Source: Chrysomallon squamiferum (lineage: Eukaryota > Animalia > Mollusca). From it: a DNA stretch of 64,000 nt. The DNA lies in assembly GCA_012295275.1 (NCBI GenBank), contig CM022679.1, positions 310,001 through 374,000 on the forward strand, read 5' to 3'. The translations under genes were made by a program, and so were the position numbers. The notes beneath the pieces are model-generated. The model was not told the origin of the DNA, did not search any database, and saw nothing but the letters and a program-made list of their open reading frames with translations. Positions 37,609-49,900 of this stretch are shown one piece after another (within the stretch, counting starts at the first letter, position 1; each line of letters starts with the position of its first letter).

Positions 37609-40600
37609 ATGTCGTTGAACACTGCTCATGCTAATGGTGGAGTTCTTCTTTTTGCTGGAGAAAGGTATTTGACTATATTTTGTTAAACAGTATAAAATTA
37701 TATAATAAATGTCACTCTGTTATTGTCACAAAATATGGATTTACTTTCCGGATGTAGTTGACAAAATTCAGTCATCATTCATTAATAATTGCATAACAAA
37801 TGAAAAGCCAACCAGAAATTATTATTATTATTGTTTAAAACATATAAAAATAAAGAAAATTAAGAAATAATAATTAAAAAACATTAAATTCAAGACGAAT
37901 CAGTTTTTATCTTACAATATGAATATCCATATTTATGTAACGGTATCATTCACAATCACATGATCATATGATGATGATTCATTCAGTAATAAATAAACTT
38001 TTAGATTTAAGTGGGAATCATACAATTACAGAATTAGTTGGTAATCACGAAGATGTCATGTTTTTGTTTAACAGAAATATTTCAAACAGTCTCAGATTAT
38101 GAATAATCAGAATATACAATTGGACTAATTTTGTTCAAATCTCTAATAGAGATAATAGAAAACTTAATCGTAAATTCTTTTCCCGTTTTCTTCCAGAATA
38201 CTTATATTTTATGATGGAGTTGAAATGACTTTTGAAGGCCCTAAAGATATGCCCCATTTTAAAGGGAAGAAACATGGTAGAGCACTGTTGACAACTCATA
38301 GAGTAAGAATATTGTATGACTGCTGTAATCAAGAAATATTAAAGTGAATTGTTTATATTTTGATATAAGTTCACCCACAACAGCATTTAAACATTATATA
38401 TTAACAGTTTAAAATAATAATAATAAAAAGAAGAAAAAAAACAAGAAATAACCCACATAACTACAAAAAGATATCTAAAGAAGAAAAAAGAAAAACCAAA
38501 AGAAAAAAAAAAGGCATCTGTTGTGATAAAAATTAATAAATTAACTGCAGATAAGCATATGTGAAAAATGTGTGTGTGTGGTTTGGATTTAAGATTTTCT
38601 TGTGTATGAAAAGATGAATCTATAGTTAATTTGAGTAGTTTTTATTTATTTATTTTTTTATTATTATTAATGTATAGTTTCAAAATGAACTGTGATTTTG
38701 AGTTAGTTTTGTTTCTCAAACTGACAAAATTCTCTGCAGTAAATATAATAACTGATTGCCTCAAACTGTTTGAATTTTTCCTTCATACAGAAGTTAGTTA
38801 CTGAATAATTTTGCTATTGATTGTTAATAAATATTTTTGACTACTTTTTTCTGTATTGGATTTGCTTTAGATATAATTAACTTAGCATAGTCTTCCTTGG
38901 AAAGCTTTTAAATGTTGTTCACTGATACAAATGTTGTTAACTTCATACTCTGTATACAGTACATGTTATAAATGTAATTTATTTATATTATTTGTTACAT
39001 AAAAGTACACCACAAATAATTATATATTTTATACAACAGATATTATGTATTTTATACAAATGATATTATATATTTTATACAAATGATGTTATATATTTAA
39101 TACAGGTAATATTCACCAGCTCAAACCCTAAAGACATTTTCCAGTCATTTAGTATCCCTTTCTACACCATGCGAGACATGGAACTGGAGCAGCCCATATT
39201 TGGAGCAAATTACATTAAAGGACGTGTGGTTGCAGAACAAGGAGGTGAACATTTTTTTAATTAATAGCACAAACAACTGGATAATAAAAATAAGTAAAGT
39301 AGAATAGTAACTGAAGTCTCAGTTGATTGTAGAAGTATACAAACATGCTGCTTGGCTCAGTTAGAAAATAAATAATATGAAATGTGTTGCTAGGCTGTAT
39401 TAGATTAGTAATTATTTGCTTATATATTTAAATATCTATTGCATTCAGGAAATTGGAGTGGAGAGGCAAAATTCAAGATGTACTTCAACAAAGGAGGAGC
39501 AATTGAGTTTGGTCAGGCCATGCTGAGGGCAGGACAGCTGGGTAGATTTTGTTTATAGTATATGATAGAATCTGATAGAATGTAATATTTAGTAATTTAA
39601 TGTAGTCAACTTTATAATTATTTGGCTGTCAAATATATATTCCACTCTTAAAACTGTGGTTTTTAAAGATATTGTTTTTGTACTGCATAATGAGTTAATA
39701 CCATTTAATTAGAGACTTAATATTTCAAAGTGGCAATATGTAAATCTCTTAATTTGATAAGTTAATTATGATTTTGTAGAAAAACAGTAAAACAAAATTG
39801 TCTTTTTTATACAGCGATGTCATATCGACAGCCACAGCAGCCTCCTGCATACAGCCCTCCCACAGGTAACATTTACCCTGCTCCACCACCATCGTACCAG
39901 GCCCCCCAGACACCTTACTATGACTGGGTTCCATATAACACATTCCCGAATGCACCACCTCGTAAGTTGTATCTATGTCTACATCCTAACAGTATCAGCT
40001 TGTAATTGTTATATCTGTGTGTGAAGGTGACAACCTGTCTCCTCGTTAATATGTAAGAGATGTTAGATTTCCTTAAAAATTATATAAGCTATGGTAAAAT
40101 GTTGTTCTGTGGTAGTCACTCTGTTTACATCATAGCATATAACCTTGTCATTTGGTATATCTGTGTCTACATCATAACATGTAATCTTGTAATTTGTGTT
40201 ATATCTGTTTACAACATAACAGTATCACTTTGTAATTTGTATTGTATCTGTTTTGACATCATAGTATAGAACCTTGTAATTTGTATTACATCTGTGTTTA
40301 CATCATAATATATCACCTTGTATTTTGTGTTATATCTTTGTTTGCATTATAGCAGTAATTTGTGTTATATGTGTCTCCATCATAAAATCTTATAATTTGT
40401 GTTGTATCTGTATATACATGATAACAGTATCACCTTATAATTTGTTACATCTGTGTCTACGACATAACAAGTGCAGTTTGTAATTTGTGTTATATATCTG
40501 TCTAATCATAACTACAGCTTGTAATTTGTTTCCTGTTTTTTGCACTGGCATCATCTGTAAGTTGTTACATTTGTATTTAATATTAAAAGGATAAAATTTT

Positions 40601-41938
40601 ATACATGTTTACATGATAAAAGCATATCTTCATAAGTTGAATTATATCTCTGTTAAAACATAACTTTATAAGTTGAATTATGCTTACATTTATGTTATAA
40701 TAAAATGCCTTGGTAAGTTGTCTCTTCTTTTTACATCACCGTGGCACCAGCTGGTAGGTTCTAGAAAGCTGTCATTTCACTTTTTTATTGTTGTTGGATT
40801 AACAGAAAATGTTCTGTTACAGTTAGGAAATGATTTACTTTTACTGCTCTCTCCATTTAGTTTCATTTGTTACAGGCAAAATGATTAATTCTTGTTCATT
40901 TATTCCAGCAAATTATGTTTACACAACAGAAGCACCTCCACCCTATCCTGGTGTGGATCCTAATATGACCCCATATCCCCCACCACAGGCTTCTGGAACA
41001 GGAGCAGCAGGTAATTAAAAAAAAACATATGTAAACTTGTGGTTGTATGTTGCTAATAAAGAGAGAAGCAGTGATATTAGCATACAATCACAAATTTGTC
41101 AATTAAATTGCTGATAGCGTATTAATAAATTAATAATTTTAATACATAACTGAGACTTTTATTTAAACTTAACTTTTTTATGTTTTCCTCTGGCTAAAAC
41201 AAGTAATCTTTATTTCAAAACATTTATTTTGTTCTCATTTTATTAAGTTCTTCTGTCAATTTGTGTGGCAATGTCTTTACTGCCATCTCTTTGTACTCTA
41301 TTTTTATCTTCATGTTTTGTTTTTCATCTCACTTTGTACTGCCATCTCTTTGTACTATTTTTATCTTCATGTTTTGTTTTTCATCTCACTTTGTAATGCC
41401 ATCTCTTTGTACTCTATTTTTATCTTCATGTTTTGTTTTTCATCTCACATTGTACTGAAATCTTTATCTTCATTTTGTTCTTCATCTCAGTTTGTACTGA
41501 CATTTTTTATCTTCAGCTCAATGTGTATTAAAATCTTTTTATCTTCATCTCACTTTATTTGCATTTCATTTTATCTTCATGCTCTGTTCTTTATCTCACT
41601 TTATTTTGTAATGTTGCATTTTTCCAGTTCTTTTTCTTGTTTGTTTTGTCTTCCTCTTTCATCTTTAATTCTTTTGAGTTCAGTTTTGCTTGTTTTTGTT
41701 TTTTTTGTTTTTTTGTGAACTTGAATTACACAGTTGATTGTACTCTGATTGAAAACAGTTGTGTGTTAAATATGTGGTTACAAAGACATGCTCTTGTTTA
41801 GATGCAAAGGCTCGTGAAGCCAGTGCCAGTGCATACTACAACCCTGCAAATCCTCACAATGTGTACATGCCTGAGGCAACAGCACCTCCATATGAGCCAC
41901 CCCCCTCATATGACCAGGCAACAAAGAAGACCAACTGA
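37609..41938 (+). CDS. WBP2: WW domain-binding protein 2; exons 37609-37664, 38197-38302, 39106-39244, 39449-39541, 39815-39961, 40909-41010, 41802-41938
   Basis: [17 protein letters not shown]-region [23 protein letters not shown], several PPxY motifs and AKAREA...[14 protein letters not shown]. Phases are consistent. Confidence 0.95.
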
Positions 41939-43947
41939 ACTGAACTACAAGTGATTTTCCACTCTGTTGTTTAAAAGTACTGCTATACTGATTAGCTTGC
42001 TTTTCATTCTGCAGTTTTACATTTCAGTTTTGTCTTACACATTGATTATTTCAAAATATTCAGGAACAGTATGATCGTGGGTGTAAAATGTTGAATACAT
42101 AATAAGAAAATTTGTTTTTACTTTGTGCTGGCCTACATCTTAATTACTTCTAAATATAATAATCCTTGATTTCATTTCGTGTAGCCTAATATTATATTTT
42201 TTATTTATCTTTGTATCTTTTTAATAATGCTGTTTTAATTATTATTATTTTTCTCTGATATATCAAATTCAAATAATTGTTGAACTTTTGTAGGTATCAG
42301 TCCAGTCAGTAAAGCAATGATGAAGTGGTAGCTCCTGTTTTACTTATCATACTGTCTATCTTTGTTTATTACAAAACTGCAGCAACACCTCAGACACTTT
42401 TCAATGTACAAAAGAGTTGTTATGTTTAACAATTATTTCTAAAATAAAACCATTAAATACAAGGAACTTTATTACATTGTATAATATACACAGAGGTATA
42501 TGACTGCCATTTTTTTCTTTTAATTTATTTATTGGAATTGGTAATATTTTAAATTTATAAAAGTGTTGTTATTTGTAAATATAACAAACTATTATGTATC
42601 TGTTATTATTTGGAGGTAGTAATATTTAAATTATTACTTACCTTGTGAATAAGTTAATAAATATTTTGGATTTCTGAACTTTGTGCATTTAGTGAAGTTG
42701 TTTGTGATTTACTTGTGACAGATATTAAGTTTAATTTCAAACTTGTATGTTTAATACAAAATGTCCAAAAAGATGTCTGTTTTCTTCTTACAATTTTTAA
42801 CATAATGAGTGAGTATATAGAAATAAGTTATTATGTAAATACCTGAAAATGTTTAAAATGCATCATACTAAATCAATAATATACAGTTCACAATCAAATT
42901 TTTTCAGATAATAAGAAATTATAAGAAATGAACAGGTTAATCAAATTTCAGTTTTAAGCATACTTCTTTTCAATATTACTGTAAATAAATGATTATACAT
43001 TTAAAAAAAAAATTGATTGGCATGTAGTATTGAAAGTAAAATGATTACTATTTATTTGTTTAGTTTACTTATTAAGTTCTATTTAATTTTTCATCTGTAG
43101 ATAGGGGAATTAATTTCAGTTTCAAAAATTGTAAATTGCTTATTTTAATTGTTTTTTTAACATAATTCTAACATTTCTTGATTAAGTAAATGATTATTTT
43201 GGAAGAAATGTTAATTATTGGTGTTTTTTTTAAACTATATTTAATATCTCAGTTATTCACTTGTATTTGTTAAATTCTGGGAAATCTTGAGAAATAAAAA
43301 TACTGTTAATATTTTAATATTTTGTTTGTTTTGTTTACCTTTTTTACAACTGTAAACGGAAAGCAAAGTTTGAAGAATAATATTATATGTGGACGTTAAC
43401 AGTTGAGGAATTCAATGTTTACAGATACAAGCACAATATACAACTGGAACTCAATTGGATGATGCTCGAAGTGAAACTTTTGATACTTCAGACACTGACT
43501 GACAGTGACTACTCACAGTGCTAACTGAAAAAAGTTCATCATTCAGATTCTCATATCAGTATTGTTTGATGAGTTAAGTAAAACAATAAAAACAACACAA
43601 ATTGTCATGATTTGTTTTATTGTACTGTTTAGTTATTAAAAGAAGTATACTATACCTATGCACAAATTATTAATACAACGAGAACAGTGATATGGATAAA
43701 TAACAAATATATTATATTATTTGGGATTTCACAACAATAATAATGGAAATCTTAAACTTGATAAATTTGTGGTAACCTATAGGTTACTAGGTCCTGTTTT
43801 GTGGTAACCTCTAATTGGGTTACCAGACACGATCCTTATTTCGATGCCAGTAATAATACAAAAAAAAGAGTAATCGCATAACTTTTCTCTCTGTCGTCTA
43901 TGCCTATCTGTTTTAGGGAGGAAATTAAAAACTAGTTTAAAGTAAGA

Positions 43948-46900
43948 ATGGCTGCGCCCATACGATCTACCATTAAATGTTTAACCAGACGAATATTCAA
44001 TGTAATAAGAAGGCACGTATTTTTATATATCATAATTTGTCAGTTTTATTTAATATTCCTTGAAATTTTAGTCTTACATGTATTTAACAGTGCATTTTGA
44101 GTAACTGGTTAACCGTGACAGTCGATTGATTGTTCAATTTGTTGTAAGATGTAACACAATCATGATAATCATTTTATCATAATGACATACTAACAGTAAT
44201 CCTAACAAGAACAGTGTAAGTCGAGGTATGGATAATCAAAAATATATGTCTTCAAATTGGCATGCAGTTTTGCCATTGGGTCATTCCGTGTCAATTCACC
44301 CCCCAAAAAAAGAAATTTAAACCCGACCGTCTCAGATTTTTGTAAAACTTGTTATACTTGTTGACTGGGATCCCACAGTACCAAATCTGAAATGTTAGCC
44401 CAATCAGACCAGTGGCGTGGGAGATATGGCCCACCGAATTTTGAGATTTTTGTCAAAAATGGGTGTGACCACCAACCTTAGAACCCTTATATCTCAGGAA
44501 CTACTGGGCCAATCTTCATAAAATTGGTATTGTTAGAAAGGCAAAATGACAAGGATTCCAAATCTGCCATTTTTGTTTAGTTTGGAAAATATTGGAGTAC
44601 CTTGACCTTTTGACCTTTGCTATGACCTTGAAATTGACTGTGTGGATCACGTGATCTTGAGATGACCTTTATTAAAATTTAATCTCCCACATGTTAACTA
44701 AAACATATAAAAGTTTCCTGGGTGTAATATTTTTTGTTTAGCCACAATATAGATTTAAAAAATGCACATACATGAAAATAACACCTTTTCAGCCATTAAC
44801 ATCTGATTAACTAAAACCTGAATGATCAATTCTGGATGCTAGGGATCACCATCTTTCTTGATCATCGAGTAAGACATTGTAGGCCTACATGTATGCATAA
44901 AGTTCACATAAATTTGAGAGAACTAGGTGTTTCTGATGCTTAACCTTCTCACTATGTTTGTTTCAAATGCTCACTGTATCCTTCATTCCCAGACACATTC
45001 TACTGTTCTCATCACTTTCATAAAATTGGATTATTTCCTCCTTCAATTCATTGTCCTTTCAATGGTAAAGGGTGACAAAATCAAGATTTGCACACGCTCT
45101 GGATAGGATTCAGACATTAAGATGTCATTTTAATGTTACTGTAGCTGATGCTAGTTTTTTTCTGTCCTTTCATTCATTTACTGGAACGTGCTAGTGAATG
45201 GAGTTTGACAGGAGTTTCGCCTAAACTCGACAGAATAGAATTCAAATCAAAGTCCTTTTCTGGGGAAACAACAACCAGCGGTTTGTCTGGCAAGTTATCA
45301 CCAAATTCTCCCATTGTAATACCACCCATACTAAAGCCATCCTCTGCAGGACCTTTGATTTCTGAAGGGTAATCAGACAGTCACAGCACAACTTGTCTCC
45401 TGGCACTAGTGTGTTTGGAGGATTTGCTAAGCATTTGTAAGTGCCCATGCTAACAATTCTTAAAGATCTAGTGCATGCTTGCTCAGGGTGGTGATTAAGG
45501 GGATCACAACAGTTTTTCTGCAATGTTGAAAATTTGATGAAAAGTTCTTGTTCATGATACTCTTGATGTCCCGTGTTTTGATCCCACTTCAAAGAGTGAG
45601 GAGTTTGACTTCCTCAGTTTTTCATGCACTTTGCAACAACTCCTTTTTGATATGATGGTGTTGATAACACACATTTTCAGGAGAGTTAAAGCTGCAGTTA
45701 GCCCTGGAAGAAATAAGGATTTTCAGTATTGGCCTGCACCTTCAATTCAATAGAACAAAGTCAGTGCTTTCCTAAATATTAAATCAAATCCTGAAACCCT
45801 TTCAGTAAAGTTAAGCAGGTCATAAAATGGCAGCAGAGTACATGTGTTATTGCCAAAGGCCCACAAGTCTTGGGCATTTATGTCAATCTTCTCAAGTATA
45901 AATCACAGCTTATTAAGGTGAAGTAGACCTTGTTCATACTCTGTGCTGAAGACTGGGTGTACAAATACATTATGCAGTACATCACTTGATGATGTCTGAT
46001 TTCAGACTGGGTTGTACTGTTGTTGACTGAAACCTTGTTCAAAACCAATGGCAAGGCCCACATGACATGATAAAATTACTTAATAGGTTTTATGAAATAA
46101 AAATATTGTTTATATATCAACATCTGACATTGTGTCCAACTTAAAAAGCTTCAGATTGTCAAAGAAATGCAGATGAAGAAACTTCTTTGTCTTAAACTTC
46201 TAATTGCCATGTGCTCAATGGGGATTGCACCAGGGAATCTAAAGGTGTTCCTGACCTGCCTGAAGCATCACTTCCTGTTAACCCTTTGAGCCTGATTGTG
46301 TAGAACATGTCATGTCATTTGGTATCTTTTCATATCCTTCAGGCATTCCTTCAGACATGTCAGGTGGGTTTTAACTCCAAAGATGAGTTTTTAGTCTCAG
46401 AGAAAATGTACATTGTAATGCATTGTATCAATCATCCATGCAGGTATGCATTTTTTTAAATCTCTATTATGGCTAAACAAAAAATATTATACCCAGGAAA
46501 CTTTTATATGTGAACTTTATGCATACATGTAGGCCTACAATGTCTTACTCGAAGATCAAGAGAGATGGTGATTCCTAGCATCCAGAATTGATCATTCAGG
46601 TTTTAGTTAATCAGATGTTAATGGCTGAAAAGGTGTTATTTTCATGTATGGCAGATTTGGTATCCTTGTCATTTTGCCTTTCTAACAATACCAATTTTAT
46701 GAAGATTGGCCCAGTAGTTCCTGAGATATGAGGGTTCTAAGGTTGGTGGTCACACCCATTTTTGGCAAAAATATCAAAATTCGGTGGGCCATATCTCCCA
46801 CACCACTGGTCTGATTGAGCTAAAATTTCAGATTTGGTGCTGTGGGATCCCAGTCAACAAGTATACCAAGTTTCATAAAAATCTGAGACGGTCGGGTTTA

Positions 46901-49900
46901 AACCATTGGGTGATTTGACACGGAATGACCCCATTTCATTTTGTTTTTGAAAAAGTCACAAAAAGCCTCTGATGAGTCTTTATGAAAGTGTTTATGATTT
47001 ATGATTTATGTTATCAAAGTTATGTTTCGAATATTTTGCCATGTCTTGGATAAACCGACAGACTAAATACTGTATTAGGAATATAAGATTTCTCCGAAAT
47101 ATTACACTTTTCCTAAAATTTTATTGTTTCTTAAATCTTAATCTGCATATTAAGATTTAAGAAACTTTTTATAATGACTAAACAAACAAATAAACCATAA
47201 TTATAAATGCCCTATTAAAATGTCAAGTGTTTAAATAGTTCTGAAATAACTTACAGGAGAAATATTCATTCTGGGACAACTTACAGAAATATTCTGGATC
47301 TTCACAACAGAGGATTGTTCCATAGAATCTTTCCTGAAGGCAGGTACATAATATTTAAAAAATTTAAATTTTTTTTTTTTTTTTTTTATAATTCTTTTTA
47401 ACAGATGTGTTCACAATAAAACATTTCAGTAGATGTATTAATATTAAAACACTTAAATAGATGTGTTCACAGTCATACATTTCAATACGTGTGTCACAAT
47501 AAAACATTTTAACAGATGTATTCACAGTCATACATTTCAATAGATGTGTTCACTGATAATTTCAACAGATGTGTTCACAGTGATAATTTCAACAGATTTG
47601 TTTACAATAAAACATTTTAATAGATGTGTTCACAATAAAATATTTTAACACATGTATCAGGAATAAAACATTTTAATAGATATATTTACAATAAAACATT
47701 TTAACAGATGTATTCATAATAAAAACATTTTAATAGATGTATTTACAATAAAACATTTTAAGAGATGTATTTACAAAAGCAGATTTTAATAGATGTATTC
47801 ACAATAAAACATTTTAACAGATATACTTACAATAAAACATTTTAATAGATGACCTTACAATAAAACATTTTAACAGACACTTTGATTTTATTTAATTGCA
47901 AATAAAATAAACTTGTTAATAGTTAATGTGTTTGATAGGAGTATTTTTGACAAACAAGTAATTTGAACATTGTAGAATGAACAATATTCTCAGTACCATC
48001 CCTTCGTTTAATTTGCACCAGTTACGCTGATACTCACCATCCCTTTCACAATGCTGGCAAGACCACTGGATGTATTCATAATAAAACATATTAATAGATA
48101 CATTTACAATAAAACATTTGATGTGTTGACAAGTGATACTGATGATTTACAATTTGTTATAAATCTGAATGTTTTATTGATTATTCACAGATGTTTGTTT
48201 TTATTTGGTTATTCACACTTTTTGTTTATTTACTCATGTTTCTAATTGCTATGCAAAGTATGTTTCATTATTATTATTATTTTCTTCATATTATTAAGGT
48301 GAACATTTTCTAAAGTTTTTAAATTATCAAATTGTTTTATTTTGTGAAAGTTTCAAAATCATGTTTTTTCTTAATGTAAAGTTTCAAAATTAAAAATTAT
48401 TTTCAGTACGGCTGAACTATCAAGACTTGTGTCAAGTCCGCAGTGTGTGTACTGTGGCTTTGATCCCACTGCTGACAGTCTTCACATAGGAAACCTGTTA
48501 GCCATCGTCTCATTACTTCACTGTCAGAGAGCAGGCCACAGCACCATTGCTCTGGTGAGTTTTACACACGTTTTAAAAAATACAGATAATCTGAGTAAGA
48601 ATACTGAGATTTTAAACAAGGAATTCATTTCATAATGTCAGGTAAGAGTTTATTAAAGAAGTGATTTAATGATAATTTTATTAATTTTGTTTGAGGTGGG
48701 AGGAGCCACTGCTCAGATTGGTGATCCTAGTGGCAAAACAAAAGATAGAGAGAGGATTGGAGTGTCAGTGGTGGAAGAAAATGTTGTCAAGATAACAGAA
48801 AATATCAAGCGAGTTGTTGATAATCACAAAACTTTCATTTGGAACAGTGAGAAATCATTACCATCTATAAGGTAAACATGAAACATGAAAACATTGTTTT
48901 GTAACATGATTATATTTAATATTACAACATGAAATAATCCATTTAATTACTGTTACAGTCACAGTACAGGTTGTGAAAACAATAAATTAAAACAATTCAG
49001 TATTGAATGAAAATATTTTATTAATAAATAGTTTTATAACTAACTACTTTTTAGTTGTTTATTTAACTTTAAAGTAAAGTAAGTTAAAATATCTTTAAAA
49101 AAATTACCAGTCAACATTATTATGTGTTTATAAAATGGATTATTTTTCACAGGGTGTTAAATAACATGGACTGGTACAGAGAAAGAAACGTCATTGAATT
49201 TTTATCCACAGTTGGCAGAAATTTCAGAATGGGCTCAATGTTGTCTAAACACAGGTAAATGTTTTTTTAACACTTGTATTTACTTGTTCTTTTTTTAACA
49301 CATGCATTTACTTATTGTTTTTTTAACATGTATTTACTTATTGTTTTTAAAACTCATTATTTACTTATTGTTTTTAAAACTCATTATTTACTTATTGTTT
49401 TTAAAACTCATTATTTACTTATTGTTTTTAAAACTCATTATTTACTTATTGTTTTTAAAACCCATTATTTACTTACTTGTTTTTTAAACAAATGTATTTT
49501 AAACAAAATTATTGTACTGGAACAACTTGTTTACCTTGTTAAAGAAAATGATACAATATATTGTTTTATTTTTATGTTATAATCATTGAGTATGTATTTT
49601 AATACTAAACTGATGTGTATTTTGTTTTGTTTGGAGTGTTCAGAGTCGACTGAAGAGTGCAGATGGAATGAGTTTCACTGAGTTTACTTACCAGATCTTC
49701 CAGTCATATGACTGGCTTCATTTAATGGAAAAATTCAACTGTTCTGTTCAGGTTTGAGATAAAATGTTTGTTTTTTTAAACTTTTCTCTTAAATCAAAAT
49801 AGTTATTGCATCCTCACTGTGAATAAACATAAGTACTCAGAATAAAAAGAAAGTAAAAGTCCTTTTCTTAGCATTTATATATTTAAGGTATATTGTGTTA

